A stretch of DNA of 64,000 nucleotides, from positions 41,545-105,544 of the forward strand of contig CAWKAR010000038.1 of NCBI GenBank assembly GCA_963847625.1. The letters run 5' to 3'. Origin of the DNA: a candidate division FCPU426 bacterium (lineage in GTDB: Bacteria; Oederibacteriota; Muellerivitia; Muellerivitales; Muellerivitaceae). The notes below the pieces were generated by a model. The model was not told the origin of the DNA. It was given only the letters and a program-made list of their open reading frames with translations, and did not search any database. Numbering within the stretch: the first letter of the stretch is position 1; the number at the start of each line of letters is the position of its first letter. Shown here piece by piece: positions 49,464 through 58,790 of the stretch. Position numbers and translations under genes: made by a program.

Positions 49464-49826
49464 GTAAAGAACAATCTATCAGTCAATTCATCTGTTAAAA
49501 ATAAAATTAATTACCGCCCTGTTTAACGGACCAAAGTTGCGCAGAATGATAGAATTAGAAACTAAAAAATTAGTAATCAAATGCCAAAAAGGATTTATTT
49601 TATAGACGCTTTTTTGCCATCATTGCTTAATGTGCTCAGAGTAATTTTCAGTATAAAGACATATCTGTTTGGAACTTCTCATGGGCGGGAAGCCAAGTAA
49701 CTGATAAGTCATCTGCCGGAATAAGTCTATCAGGTCAATTAGTAACATGACCCCACTCGTTATTTCAACGAATCTTAGAGAATTTGGTTTTAGTATGTTC
49801 TATTATCAAAATTGTAAATTCTTTAA

Positions 49827-51529
49827 CCCGGATTTCCCAGATGAAATTACCTTTCGAGTATAATAAGGCGTCGTTTGGCCATACAAACAAAGGTTTTTCT
49901 TCACTTTGGGGACCACGAGAGGGGGGAATGCAATGGGTGAAAGGGGAAAAGACGCTCTTCGGGTGGTTTTTGATCCTGGTCTCAAGCTGGAGTTCCATGG
50001 CGCGAAGGTCACTTCCGATGGCGGGTTGATTCCCTATCGTGAACTCGATGAAGCCTTTGGTTTGACTGACAGAACGGAAAACCTTCTGAGGGATCGGCGA
50101 ACCGGCAAGAATACGCAACATACGATGACGGCGCTTTTGCGGCAATCAATCTACAGCCGCCTAGCCGGTTACGAGGACACCAACGACGCAGAACGATTGA
50201 GTGTTGATCCGGCGATGCGGCATGTGATCGGAGGACGGGCCAAGGAAAAACAAGCTGCCTCCACCAGCCAGATGGGACGTTTCGAGACGGAAGTTCTCAC
50301 CCAGTCGAAGAACCAGACCGGTCTGATTGACCTATCTGGCCAATGGATTGATGGTGTCCATGAAAAAAAGCCCATCCAGCAGATTATTCTCGACATGGAC
50401 AGCTCCGTGAGTGAAACCTACGGGGACCAAGAAGGTTCCTTGTACAACGGTTACTTCGGCTGTACCTGTTACCATCCCCTGTTTTGTTTCAACCAGTTTG
50501 GCGATTTGGAACGGGCAATGTTGCGCAACGGCAATGTGGCCAGCGCCCACGAGTGGCGGTCGGTTCTTGAACCAGTGGTTGTCCGTTATCGGGGTCTTTC
50601 CATCAGCCGTTTTTTCCGGGGTGACGCGGCCTTCGCCCGTCAGGAACTATACGAGTACCTAGAAGACGAAGGATACCTTTATGCGATCCGCCAACCCGCC
50701 AATGGCGTGCTACAAAGAGAAATTGAGCCATTTTTGACCCGTCCCGTGGGCCGCCCTTCCCACAAGCCGGTTGTCCGGTATCACAGCTTCCAATACCAAG
50801 CCGTCAGCTGGGACAAACCCCGCCGCGTGGTGGCGAAGATTGAGCATCACAACGGCGAACTTTTCCCGAGGGTGGGTTTCATCGTGACGAACATGCGACG
50901 ACCGGCACCCCAGGTGGTGAAGTTCTACAACGGAAGAGGTACGGCTGAGCAATGGATCAAGGAGGGAAAGTACGCGATGAAGTGGACAAGACTAAGCTGC
51001 CACGACTTCGCGGACAACCAAGTAAGGTTGCAACTATTTGCACTGGCTTACAACTTGGGCAACTTCCTTCGCCGTCTAGCCCTGCCAGAACTGGTGAAGC
51101 ATTGGTCGCTGACGACGTTGCGAGAAAAACTTATCAAAATCGGAGCTAACGTTATCCGCCATTCGCGGTACGTGGTTTTCCAGATGGCGGAGGTGATGGT
51201 TACCCAACGCCTGTTTGCTGAAATCCTTGGACGGATAAGGCTACTGGCGATGGTAAGGCCGCGAGCGCCAGTACTGCGATAACCGCAGGAACACTTCATG
51301 GCTTCAACCGGATCAACCATCGTGGGATAGGTGTGCGTTCACAACGAGAATTGGCTTTCTGGAAGGTCATTTTCAACTTTTTTGGGGCACAGAAACCCTT
51401 TTTTGGGCTCATTTCGCTGGCCTTGGGCCAGAAAATTCCGGATACGGGTGGAAGAAGCGGGGGGGGGAATATAATGAGAAACAAATTACCCGGCAATGTT
51501 TTCAGAGAAGGTCATCTGGGAAATTCCGG
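49827..51529 (+). mobile_element. IS1380-family insertion sequence
   Basis: IRs CCCGGATTTCCCAGATGA (49827) and TCATCTGGGAAATTCCGG (ends 51529); 5-bp TSD TTTAA at 49822-49826 and 51530-51534. Confidence 0.93.
49933..51282 (+). CDS. IS1380-family DDE transposase
   Basis: VTSDGGL, AGYEDTND, LDMDSS, YHPLF, RGDAAF, FYNGRGTAEQWIKEGK, LAYNL. Confidence 0.96.
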   Translation: MGERGKDALRVVFDPGLKLEFHGAKVTSDGGLIPYRELDEAFGLTDRTENLLRDRRTGKNTQHTMTALLRQSIYSRLAGYEDTNDAERLSVDPAMRHVIGGRAKEKQAASTSQMGRFETEVLTQSKNQTGLIDLSGQWIDGVHEKKPIQQIILDMDSSVSETYGDQEGSLYNGYFGCTCYHPLFCFNQFGDLERAMLRNGNVASAHEWRSVLEPVVVRYRGLSISRFFRGDAAFARQELYEYLEDEGYLYAIRQPANGVLQREIEPFLTRPVGRPSHKPVVRYHSFQYQAVSWDKPRRVVAKIEHHNGELFPRVGFIVTNMRRPAPQVVKFYNGRGTAEQWIKEGKYAMKWTRLSCHDFADNQVRLQLFALAYNLGNFLRRLALPELVKHWSLTTLREKLIKIGANVIRHSRYVVFQMAEVMVTQRLFAEILGRIRLLAMVRPRAPVLR

Positions 51530-51644
51530 TTTAAGGGCTTTATTAGTTGTAGTTTGAGTTGTTAGTTTGTTTTTGCTAAATTTTGAGGCTTGTCGCCATA
51601 TCCGGAATGTGGATATTTTGCGAAAAAGTTGAGAGGCTGATTAG

Positions 51645-52748
51645 ATGAAAAAAATTACCGTAAATATTAATAAAAACAAATATAACATCTTGATTCAAAA
51701 AGATATTTTGAGATATGCGCATAAATATATGCCGCATGTGATTTTTTCCGATAAATTACTAATTCTTTCCACACATAATATTTACAAAAAGCACGGTTAT
51801 AAATTATTAAAAAGTTTAAAAAAGATTGGTAAAAAAATTTATGTTTATCTGATCCCGGATGGAGAAATATTTAAGAATCAAAAATATTTATTTTCTGTAT
51901 TAAACAAAATGTCGGAATTGGGATTTCAAAGGGATTCTTGCTTAATCGCACTAGGCGGCGGAGTTATAGGCGATTTAGGGGGTTTTGCCGCTTCGATTTA
52001 TATGCGTGGAATCGAATTTGTCCAGTGCCCTACGACCTTGTTGGCCCAAGTTGACGCTAGTATTGGGGGCAAAACAGCCGTTGATTTTTATGGTATAAAA
52101 AATCTAATAGGTTCCTTTTACCAGCCAAAGATGGTTTTAGCCGATACTAAAGTTATCAATACACTTACCGAAAGACAGTTTAGGACTGGTTTAGCCGAAA
52201 TAATAAAACATGGAATTGTATTAGATCCTAAACTATTTTGTTATTTGGAGAAAAATTTAAAAGTTGTTTTGAAACGTAATCCAATTATTATGCAAACTGT
52301 CATCGCAAGATCCTGCAAAATAAAGGCCCTGATAGTATCAGAGGATGAAAAAGAAGTAGGAAAAAGGATGTGGCTCAATTATGGCCATACACTAGGTCAT
52401 GCATTAGAAGCTTATTATGGGTATCAATTATTAACTCACGGAGAAGCAGTGGCTTATGGAATAAGATTCGCGTCTTTACTTTCGATTCATATGAGACTTT
52501 GCGATTCAACTGTTGTTGCCCGTCAATATGACTTGTTAAAAAGAGCTGGTTTATTTCGGAAAGTGCCAGCATTCGATAAAAATAAGATTTATCAGAAAAT
52601 GTTTCTAGATAAGAAATCAAGAAAAGGTGGAATCCAATTTGTATTGACAAGAAAAATAGGTCTTGTTAGCATTCAAGAAAATGTGCCAAAACCCGTTGTT
52701 TTTTCAGCTTTAAACCAACTTCAAGCTGAAGCAAGTGAGAATCATTAA
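51645..52748 (+). CDS. aroB: 3-dehydroquinate synthase
   Basis: GGGVIGDL.GF, PTTLLAQVDASIGGKT, KNLIG.FYQP, LNYGHTLGHALE, HGEAV. Confidence 0.98.
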   Translation: MKKITVNINKNKYNILIQKDILRYAHKYMPHVIFSDKLLILSTHNIYKKHGYKLLKSLKKIGKKIYVYLIPDGEIFKNQKYLFSVLNKMSELGFQRDSCLIALGGGVIGDLGGFAASIYMRGIEFVQCPTTLLAQVDASIGGKTAVDFYGIKNLIGSFYQPKMVLADTKVINTLTERQFRTGLAEIIKHGIVLDPKLFCYLEKNLKVVLKRNPIIMQTVIARSCKIKALIVSEDEKEVGKRMWLNYGHTLGHALEAYYGYQLLTHGEAVAYGIRFASLLSIHMRLCDSTVVARQYDLLKRAGLFRKVPAFDKNKIYQKMFLDKKSRKGGIQFVLTRKIGLVSIQENVPKPVVFSALNQLQAEASENH

Positions 52749-54045
52749 AGAAATGTCGAAGGATCAAATTACGTCTGAAATTAACGAGCTTAAAAAAAAA
52801 TTGGAAGAAAATCCGGATTCATTGGTATTTGCTCTTTTGGCGGATGCTTACCGGAAACAAGGAAATTTAAACCAAGCCTATGAGATTTGCCAAAAAGGTC
52901 TTCAAAAACATCCTAATTATAACATCGCACAAATTGTACTAGGTAGGATATTTCAGGAACAAAAAAAGGTGGATGAAGCTTCATCTGAATTCAAAAAAGT
53001 ACTTGAAGGGGATCCAGAAAATATCATGGCACATTCTCTTTTGGGCTCGCTCCATATGGAAAAAAAAGAATATCAGGAAGCAATTGAAGAATATCAAAAA
53101 GTTTTAACTTTGAATCCGGACGATGAAAATGCCCCGATTGCTTTAAAAGATGCGATTGAAAAAGCAGCAAGTGAACAAAGAAGAAATAACAAAACCATTA
53201 AAAAAGAATCCGCGGATGTGAATTCAAATACTTCGACGAAAGAAAGCAATGTCACGTTAACCCTGGCGGAGCTTTACTTAAAACAGAATCATTTTGATAA
53301 GGCGATAGAAGTATTTCAGGAACTATTGGCAAATGATCCTCAGAACCTTATGCTTCGCCAAAAACTTTCAGAAGCTGTTGAAAGACAACAAAAAGATTCT
53401 GCCTTCGGGCCGGTTGTTTCCAAACTAAAGAAAAATGAATTCACGCAACCGCCGGATCATAAAGAAGATATCTTAGTAGAAGAATCGAAAACTGAAGGTA
53501 AAAAATATTCAAAGAAAAAAGAAGATGATTCCAAGTTTACGAATGAAGATATTCTACAAGTTATGAGGCGTGGCAGTAAGGATGACATACTGGTAGAAGA
53601 GAAGAATATACCCGACCTTAAAAAAGTTGAACCTTTGCCCGTAACTCAGGAAACCATAGAGAAAACTTCAACCACTAAGTGGGACAACAAAAAAAATGGG
53701 GAATTAAAGAGTATTTTGGTGGAACTGGGGAGTGTTGATGGAATAATACTTTGTTTTTTAAGCGATCTGGAAGGAAATCTCGTTGTTTCATTAGGTGAAA
53801 CGGGTAATAATGCTGCTTTGGGAAAACAAACAAATAACTTATTTGATAGTATCACCAAATCGGTAAATAAATTAAACCAAGGTTATTCGCAACAAATATT
53901 AATAACATCAGATTCAGGCCATATACTGTTGGTATCTTTCCCAGAATTGATTTTAATAGTATTGACCAATACTAAAATCAACTTGGGTTATTTGCGACTC
54001 ACATTAGATTCAGCCAAAAAGAAAATAGATAAAATATTAAAATAG
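52735..54045 (+). CDS. TPR protein with C-terminal roadblock/LC7 (MglB-like) domain
   Basis: N-terminal TPRs (PDSLVFALLADAYR), internal TLTLAELYLKQ TPR, C-terminal LKSIL.EL..VDGI...SD.EG...NLGYLRL. Confidence 0.7.
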   Translation: MRIIKEMSKDQITSEINELKKKLEENPDSLVFALLADAYRKQGNLNQAYEICQKGLQKHPNYNIAQIVLGRIFQEQKKVDEASSEFKKVLEGDPENIMAHSLLGSLHMEKKEYQEAIEEYQKVLTLNPDDENAPIALKDAIEKAASEQRRNNKTIKKESADVNSNTSTKESNVTLTLAELYLKQNHFDKAIEVFQELLANDPQNLMLRQKLSEAVERQQKDSAFGPVVSKLKKNEFTQPPDHKEDILVEESKTEGKKYSKKKEDDSKFTNEDILQVMRRGSKDDILVEEKNIPDLKKVEPLPVTQETIEKTSTTKWDNKKNGELKSILVELGSVDGIILCFLSDLEGNLVVSLGETGNNAALGKQTNNLFDSITKSVNKLNQGYSQQILITSDSGHILLVSFPELILIVLTNTKINLGYLRLTLDSAKKKIDKILK

Positions 54046-54098
54046 CGGAAAAGATTTATTTTTTTGGGGAAAAAGATCTTCCGATTAGGGCTTACACC

Positions 54099-54458
54099 AT
54101 GGATTTTAAAAAAATACTAGAAGAAACAATATCAAACGTTGAGGGCGCAATTGGGGCAGGTTTAGTGGGGATGGATGGAATTGTTATCGATCAAATCTCT
54201 CGGAATCCAACATTTGATATTAATGCGGTTGGCGCTGAATATTCCAGCATCATAAAAAATGCCATGCGGGCTTCCTCTAATTTCGGTTTAGGAAATACAG
54301 CTGAAATATTAATTACAACAGATAAGGCAACCATGATCATGATGATGGTCGGCCAGACATATTTCATAACACTCGCAATTAACTTGGATGGCAATTTGGG
54401 ACGAGGAAGGCTGGAGTTGAAAAAAGCCATCCCGAAGTTTGAAAAAGAGTTATCCTGA
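54099..54458 (+). CDS. Roadblock/LC7 domain protein (MglB/MglC-like)
   Basis: VEGAIGAGLVGMDGIVI, GNLGRGRLELKK. Confidence 0.85.
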   Translation: MDFKKILEETISNVEGAIGAGLVGMDGIVIDQISRNPTFDINAVGAEYSSIIKNAMRASSNFGLGNTAEILITTDKATMIMMMVGQTYFITLAINLDGNLGRGRLELKKAIPKFEKELS

Positions 54459-54460
54459 AT

Positions 54461-55300
54461 TTGTTGAATCCCCAAGTTAATTCACCCGAACCCGAACCAT
54501 CAAATCCTGAATTGTTGAATTATTCCCGGTTAAAAAATGTTTTTCAATCGTGGTTTTGGCGTTATTACGACCATTTGGGACATTTACTCCTTTATAATTT
54601 TTTTTGGGTCTGTTGTCTTACAACTGTGGATTATTTTGTTTGGAGCCGGGGTTGGTGTGGTTCTTGGAGTAAGTTGAATCCAATTACGGTTTTTGCTTTA
54701 TTTTTATTTGACTGCGGAATATCCGTGGGTTGGGCTTATCTTGTCTTCCGGATTTTTTGTGAAGGGTCTGGCCAGTTAAAAGACTATTGGGTGGGTTTCC
54801 GTCTCTATATTTTCAAAGCGATGGGTATTGCAGGAATTTCTTATTTGGTATTTTTATTAATATTTTATGATCTTTTGTTTTATTGGCCTAAGTTAAGCCA
54901 AATGAATATATTGAGTTGTTTATTTTTTGGGTTGACTCTATGGATTATATTTTTCTTTTTGTGCTGTATGTTTTATCAAATGCCGATATTGTTTTTTCAA
55001 AATCCCCCTTTTTGGAAAATTTATTATAGATCTTGCCTGCTGGTAATCGGGAATACTTGGTTATCCATATCCATGATTATATTTTTTTCCATCTCATTTA
55101 TTTTTTATTTAGTGGCTCCTGTGACATGGTTTTTTTGCGGTTTAGTCTACTTTTTTTCCTTCCAATGTGTTGTGCTTGAAAAGAGTTTTATTAAGTATAA
55201 AATAATAATCAACGATAAGCCTTTACCAGAATTCCTTCAATATTTAGATATTGAAGGAAAAAGAGGGTGGAGTGAATTTTTTCGTCCTTGGGAGAATTGA
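54461..55300 (+). CDS. Hypothetical polytopic membrane protein
   Basis: About six hydrophobic segments; conserved-looking ends (WFW.YYD.LG, RGW.EFF.PW). Confidence 0.65.
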   Translation: MLNPQVNSPEPEPSNPELLNYSRLKNVFQSWFWRYYDHLGHLLLYNFFWVCCLTTVDYFVWSRGWCGSWSKLNPITVFALFLFDCGISVGWAYLVFRIFCEGSGQLKDYWVGFRLYIFKAMGIAGISYLVFLLIFYDLLFYWPKLSQMNILSCLFFGLTLWIIFFFLCCMFYQMPILFFQNPPFWKIYYRSCLLVIGNTWLSISMIIFFSISFIFYLVAPVTWFFCGLVYFFSFQCVVLEKSFIKYKIIINDKPLPEFLQYLDIEGKRGWSEFFRPWEN

Positions 55301-55587
55301 TGAATAAATCAGTTAGATGGGGATTGCTTTTAACGATCGTTATTATAATTTACCTCTTAATAAGCGGAAATCGTGGTCTATGGAATTTGTATCAATTGCA
55401 CCAGGAGAAGGTAAAGCTGATAACTGAAGTAAAACATTTGGATTCTGACATACTGCAAAATCAAATTGAGTATAAATCGTTTGGAAAGAATAATTCGAGT
55501 TTGGAAAAACAAGCCCGAGAAGATTTGAATCTTATAAAACCAGGTGAAATTGAATATAAGTTTACATCATCAGATAGGGGCCACTAA
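55300..55587 (+). CDS. ftsB: Septum formation initiator FtsB/DivIC
   Basis: TM, G.RGL, coiled coil, LEKQAREDLNLIKPGEI. Confidence 0.85.
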   Translation: MNKSVRWGLLLTIVIIIYLLISGNRGLWNLYQLHQEKVKLITEVKHLDSDILQNQIEYKSFGKNNSSLEKQAREDLNLIKPGEIEYKFTSSDRGH

Positions 55588-55607
55588 TTTCAAGCCATTA
55601 AACTTGG

Positions 55608-55636
55608 TTGACTTCCTTGGCCTGGCCGGTTATCTT
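55608..55636 (+). promoter_or_regulatory. sigma70-type promoter for tRNA pair (TTGACT-17-TATCTT)
   Basis: Near-consensus hexamers, 17-nt spacer. Confidence 0.5.
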
Positions 55637-55766
55637 ACTCTTCTTCAAAAAATTTCCACGAAATTATTATTTCTATTTTTCACAATAGAGATTATTTTTT
55701 TGAATAATCCTTTTGAGAGGAATGGAAATTTAGAATGTATAAGAGATTAAAAATAATTACATGCTG

Positions 55767-55854
55767 GCCGAGATGGCGGAATTGGCAGACGCAAGGGACT
55801 TAAAATCCCTCGGGCCAAAAGCCCGTCCCGGTTCGATTCCGGGTCTCGGCACCA
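55767..55854 (+). tRNA. tRNA-Leu(TAA)
   Basis: GCCGAGA/TCTCGGC acceptor, anticodon loop CT-TAA-AA, long variable arm, GTTCGA, encoded CCA. Confidence 0.97.
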
Positions 55855-55886
55855 AAATATTAAAGGTGTTTTTGGCACCAAAAAGA

Positions 55887-55963
<77 letters not shown>

Positions 55964-55967
55964 ATGG

Positions 55968-55998
55968 AAAAGCCGCCCATAAGGGCGGCTTTTTTTTT
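55968..55998 (+). terminator. Intrinsic terminator after tRNAs
   Basis: AAAGCCGCCC-ataa-GGGCGGCTTT + T-run. Confidence 0.9.
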
Positions 55999-56093
55999 AA
56001 TGAGGACAGTCCGTCTTGGCCATTGAATGTTAATGCCGGTTGTCCATTTCATCCTTGGCATTAAAAGATCATTAAAACATTCGGAGTTAATTT

Positions 56094-56900
56094 TTGCGAA
56101 CTTCAGCATCAATTGCGCATTGGATGCCTTATTTGGAGGAATATTTAAACAACCTCATTCTTTTAGAAGATGGAGCATCAGAACTTTTCCGCTTATCCCT
56201 TCTGGGGGAAAAGTTTATTTCTTCCCCCCTGGCAGAACCCATTTGGGGTTATAAGAATGTCAATCATCCCTTTAAAGCATTTCACGATCATCTATTAAAA
56301 CGAGGGTTGAAAAAGGCGAGAAACCCGAATGTTTATGGAATCAAGGTGGATTGCGTTTATTACAGGGAGGATTTGGGTAAAATACTTTTTGTTATATCGC
56401 GAAGTCATAAAAACGGGGATATTGATTCTAAAATTGTTAAAGGTGGAATTAAAAATAAGGTTTCATTTCTTTCGCAAAATCCCCATTCTGTCGAGGTCAA
56501 ATATTTAGACCGTCATTTTGATGTGAATGTACCGCAAGTGGGCCGTTATATTTTGGAAAAAGGGCTCAGGTTGAAGGAAAATCAAATAATAAAACCCGGC
56601 TTGATATTTTGGCTGGCGAGAGATTTAACTAACATCATGGAATTAATGATTTGTCATCGGGAATTACAAGATGAGGCGTTAATGGATATGTCCGAAATAC
56701 GACCGCCCAGTTTGATCAATCAATTCCTTGCGAATCTTAAATCCAACGGGCCGGGTTCTGTTGTCTGGGAATCTGCGCAAAAACTATTTTTAGAAAACCA
56801 TCCAAAAGAGAAAATCGTCCTGGTCACTGGCTGGTATTGGAAATTTCTAACCCAAGTTTCGCAATTGCTTAGGGAAAAAACCAACGGAAGAGACAAGTGA
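56094..56900 (+). CDS. Hypothetical protein
   Basis: 268-aa ORF ending 7 nt before the next gene; family not securely recognised. Confidence 0.6.
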   Translation: MRTSASIAHWMPYLEEYLNNLILLEDGASELFRLSLLGEKFISSPLAEPIWGYKNVNHPFKAFHDHLLKRGLKKARNPNVYGIKVDCVYYREDLGKILFVISRSHKNGDIDSKIVKGGIKNKVSFLSQNPHSVEVKYLDRHFDVNVPQVGRYILEKGLRLKENQIIKPGLIFWLARDLTNIMELMICHRELQDEALMDMSEIRPPSLINQFLANLKSNGPGSVVWESAQKLFLENHPKEKIVLVTGWYWKFLTQVSQLLREKTNGRDK

Positions 56901-56907
56901 CTCTGAA

Positions 56908-57666
56908 ATGGCTAAATCAAACAACATGAACCGGGATCTTACTTCATCGAGACCTGTTGCCCTAGTAACGGGTGGATCAAGCTCCTTGGGAAGGGCGATA
57001 AGCTTGAAAATGGTTCAGCAGGGAATGAGGGTTGTCCTTCACTTCAATCGATCCAAGGATGAAACCGAAAATCTTCAAAGGGAAATACAAGGACTGGGAG
57101 GCCAAACATTTTCCGTCCGGGCTGATTTGAACAACCCAAGCCAGGCAAAACTGCTGGTGAAAAAAACAATCCGAAAGTGGGGAAGACTGGATCTATTAAT
57201 CAATAACGCGTCGATTTTTAAACCGACCCCCTTCATTGACGTCGACACCAGGAATTGGGATGAAATTTTTCGCGTGAATGTCATATCGCCTTTCGCTTTA
57301 TCCGTCGAAGCCGGAAAATGGCTGAGAAAAACCAAGGGATGTATCGTGAATATTACTGATATCTATGGCCAAGAACCTCGGTTAAAAAACTATGCGGCCT
57401 ATTGCGCTTCTAAAGCCGCCCTTATTTCTTTAACAAAATGGTTGGCGTTCCATTTAGGCCCGGTGATTCGCGTTAATGCGGTATCCCCTGGCGCTATTAC
57501 TTTCCCAAAAAATTACAAAACAAGAAAAAAAATGGTTCTAATTGATAAATCACTATTAAAAAGAATGGGAAAGCCTGAAGACATTGCCGAAGCAGTTTGG
57601 TTCTTAAATTCAAATCCCTTTATTACTGGTCAAGTTTTAAATGTGGATGGGGGGCGTTTTATATGA
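56908..57666 (+). CDS. SDR oxidoreductase, pteridine reductase (FolM/PTR1)-like
   Basis: ALVTGG...LG, LHFNRS, LINNASIF, IVNITD, YCASK, VDGG; adjacent to folB-folK. Confidence 0.8.
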   Translation: MAKSNNMNRDLTSSRPVALVTGGSSSLGRAISLKMVQQGMRVVLHFNRSKDETENLQREIQGLGGQTFSVRADLNNPSQAKLLVKKTIRKWGRLDLLINNASIFKPTPFIDVDTRNWDEIFRVNVISPFALSVEAGKWLRKTKGCIVNITDIYGQEPRLKNYAAYCASKAALISLTKWLAFHLGPVIRVNAVSPGAITFPKNYKTRKKMVLIDKSLLKRMGKPEDIAEAVWFLNSNPFITGQVLNVDGGRFI

Positions 57667-58558
57667 AAACCGGTCTTGGTTGAAATGATTTAAATGTTTC
57701 TGGTGGCAGACGATTTATGCGCTGTGTTCCGCTTTTAAAAGCGGCTGATATTTCAATCATTGATTTTCCATTTTTGGGGTGTATGAGGTTTGGACATATT
57801 TCTAGAAGGGGAAAAAGCACAAAAGCCTTTTTTTCAATATCAGGATGAGGAATTGAAAAAGATTTGTTATTGATCACGGAATCGCCAAATAGTATCAAAT
57901 CAATGTCAACGGTTCTTGGGCCAAATGTTTTATGACTTTTCCTTCTTTTATTCTGTTCTTCTAACCTCAAAATCCAACGGCGGATTACTTCCGGATCCTC
58001 ATTGCTTTTTCGGCCGGCAACCACCATATTCCAAAAATAGGGCTGTTTTACATAACCAACTGGTTTAGTTCTGTAAACATGCGATATGCCCTCTAGTGGA
58101 AACTTTTTTCCTATTTCCTCAAGGGCCCTTTCCAAGTGAAGTTTAGGAGAAAGGTTTGAACCGAGGCTGAAAAAGGCAAGATGACGGGAAGTATTAAAAA
58201 ATGATGTCCTGTGAATTTCCACCCCCACATTTTGCGAACCCCGGATGGCGCCGGGTTTGGAAACCTTCAAAAATATCTCCGGCAAGCAGAATTTCTCCAT
58301 CAGGTAACGGGATAATTCCTCAGCGAGGGTTTCAATCAATTGATAGCTGCTTTTCTCGACGAATAAAATCGTGTTTTTCGCGATTCTCTTATAGTCGATC
58401 GCGTCTTCGATTTTATCGGTTTGCGCGGCTGAGCGGATGTCACAAGGGAACTTCAAATCGATAAGGATGTTTTGCTTTTGTTTCCGTTCCCACTTGAAAA
58501 TCCCGATGATGCATCGGATTTTGAGTCCGGTTAAATGGATGTAATCATCAATGTTCAA
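57659..58558 (-). CDS. folB-folK: Dihydroneopterin aldolase - HPPK fusion
   Basis: IIGIFKWER..KQ, IDY, LIETLAE, VSKPGA (FolB); SLGSN, YRTKPVG, GPRTVDIDL, IPHP (FolK). Confidence 0.92.
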   Translation of the reverse strand: MNIDDYIHLTGLKIRCIIGIFKWERKQKQNILIDLKFPCDIRSAAQTDKIEDAIDYKRIAKNTILFVEKSSYQLIETLAEELSRYLMEKFCLPEIFLKVSKPGAIRGSQNVGVEIHRTSFFNTSRHLAFFSLGSNLSPKLHLERALEEIGKKFPLEGISHVYRTKPVGYVKQPYFWNMVVAGRKSNEDPEVIRRWILRLEEQNKRRKSHKTFGPRTVDIDLILFGDSVINNKSFSIPHPDIEKKAFVLFPLLEICPNLIHPKNGKSMIEISAAFKSGTQRINRLPPETFKSFQPRPVFI

Positions 58559-58790
58559 TTTCTTCTCCAGGGAATCAACGGCATCTTTTTATTAGAATTT
58601 AATATCTCCAGTTTAAACAATAGTTATGAATGACTTTAGGGGATGAGCACGGTCAAACCGCCCCCGACGAAATTCCCCCGATAAAGGATTTTCAACAAAA
58701 CATATAGATATTCAGCCAGTTAGGCAACAGTCTTTTTGTCTAATTAGAATTCCGGTTGACGGTTCATGAGGGTTTTGTTTTTATGGGGCT

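Noticed and set aside
55872..55884. attR-like duplication of the tRNA-Leu 3' end (GGCACCAAAA)
   Set aside because: Only 10 bp and about 25 nt from the tRNA, with no integrase or cargo.
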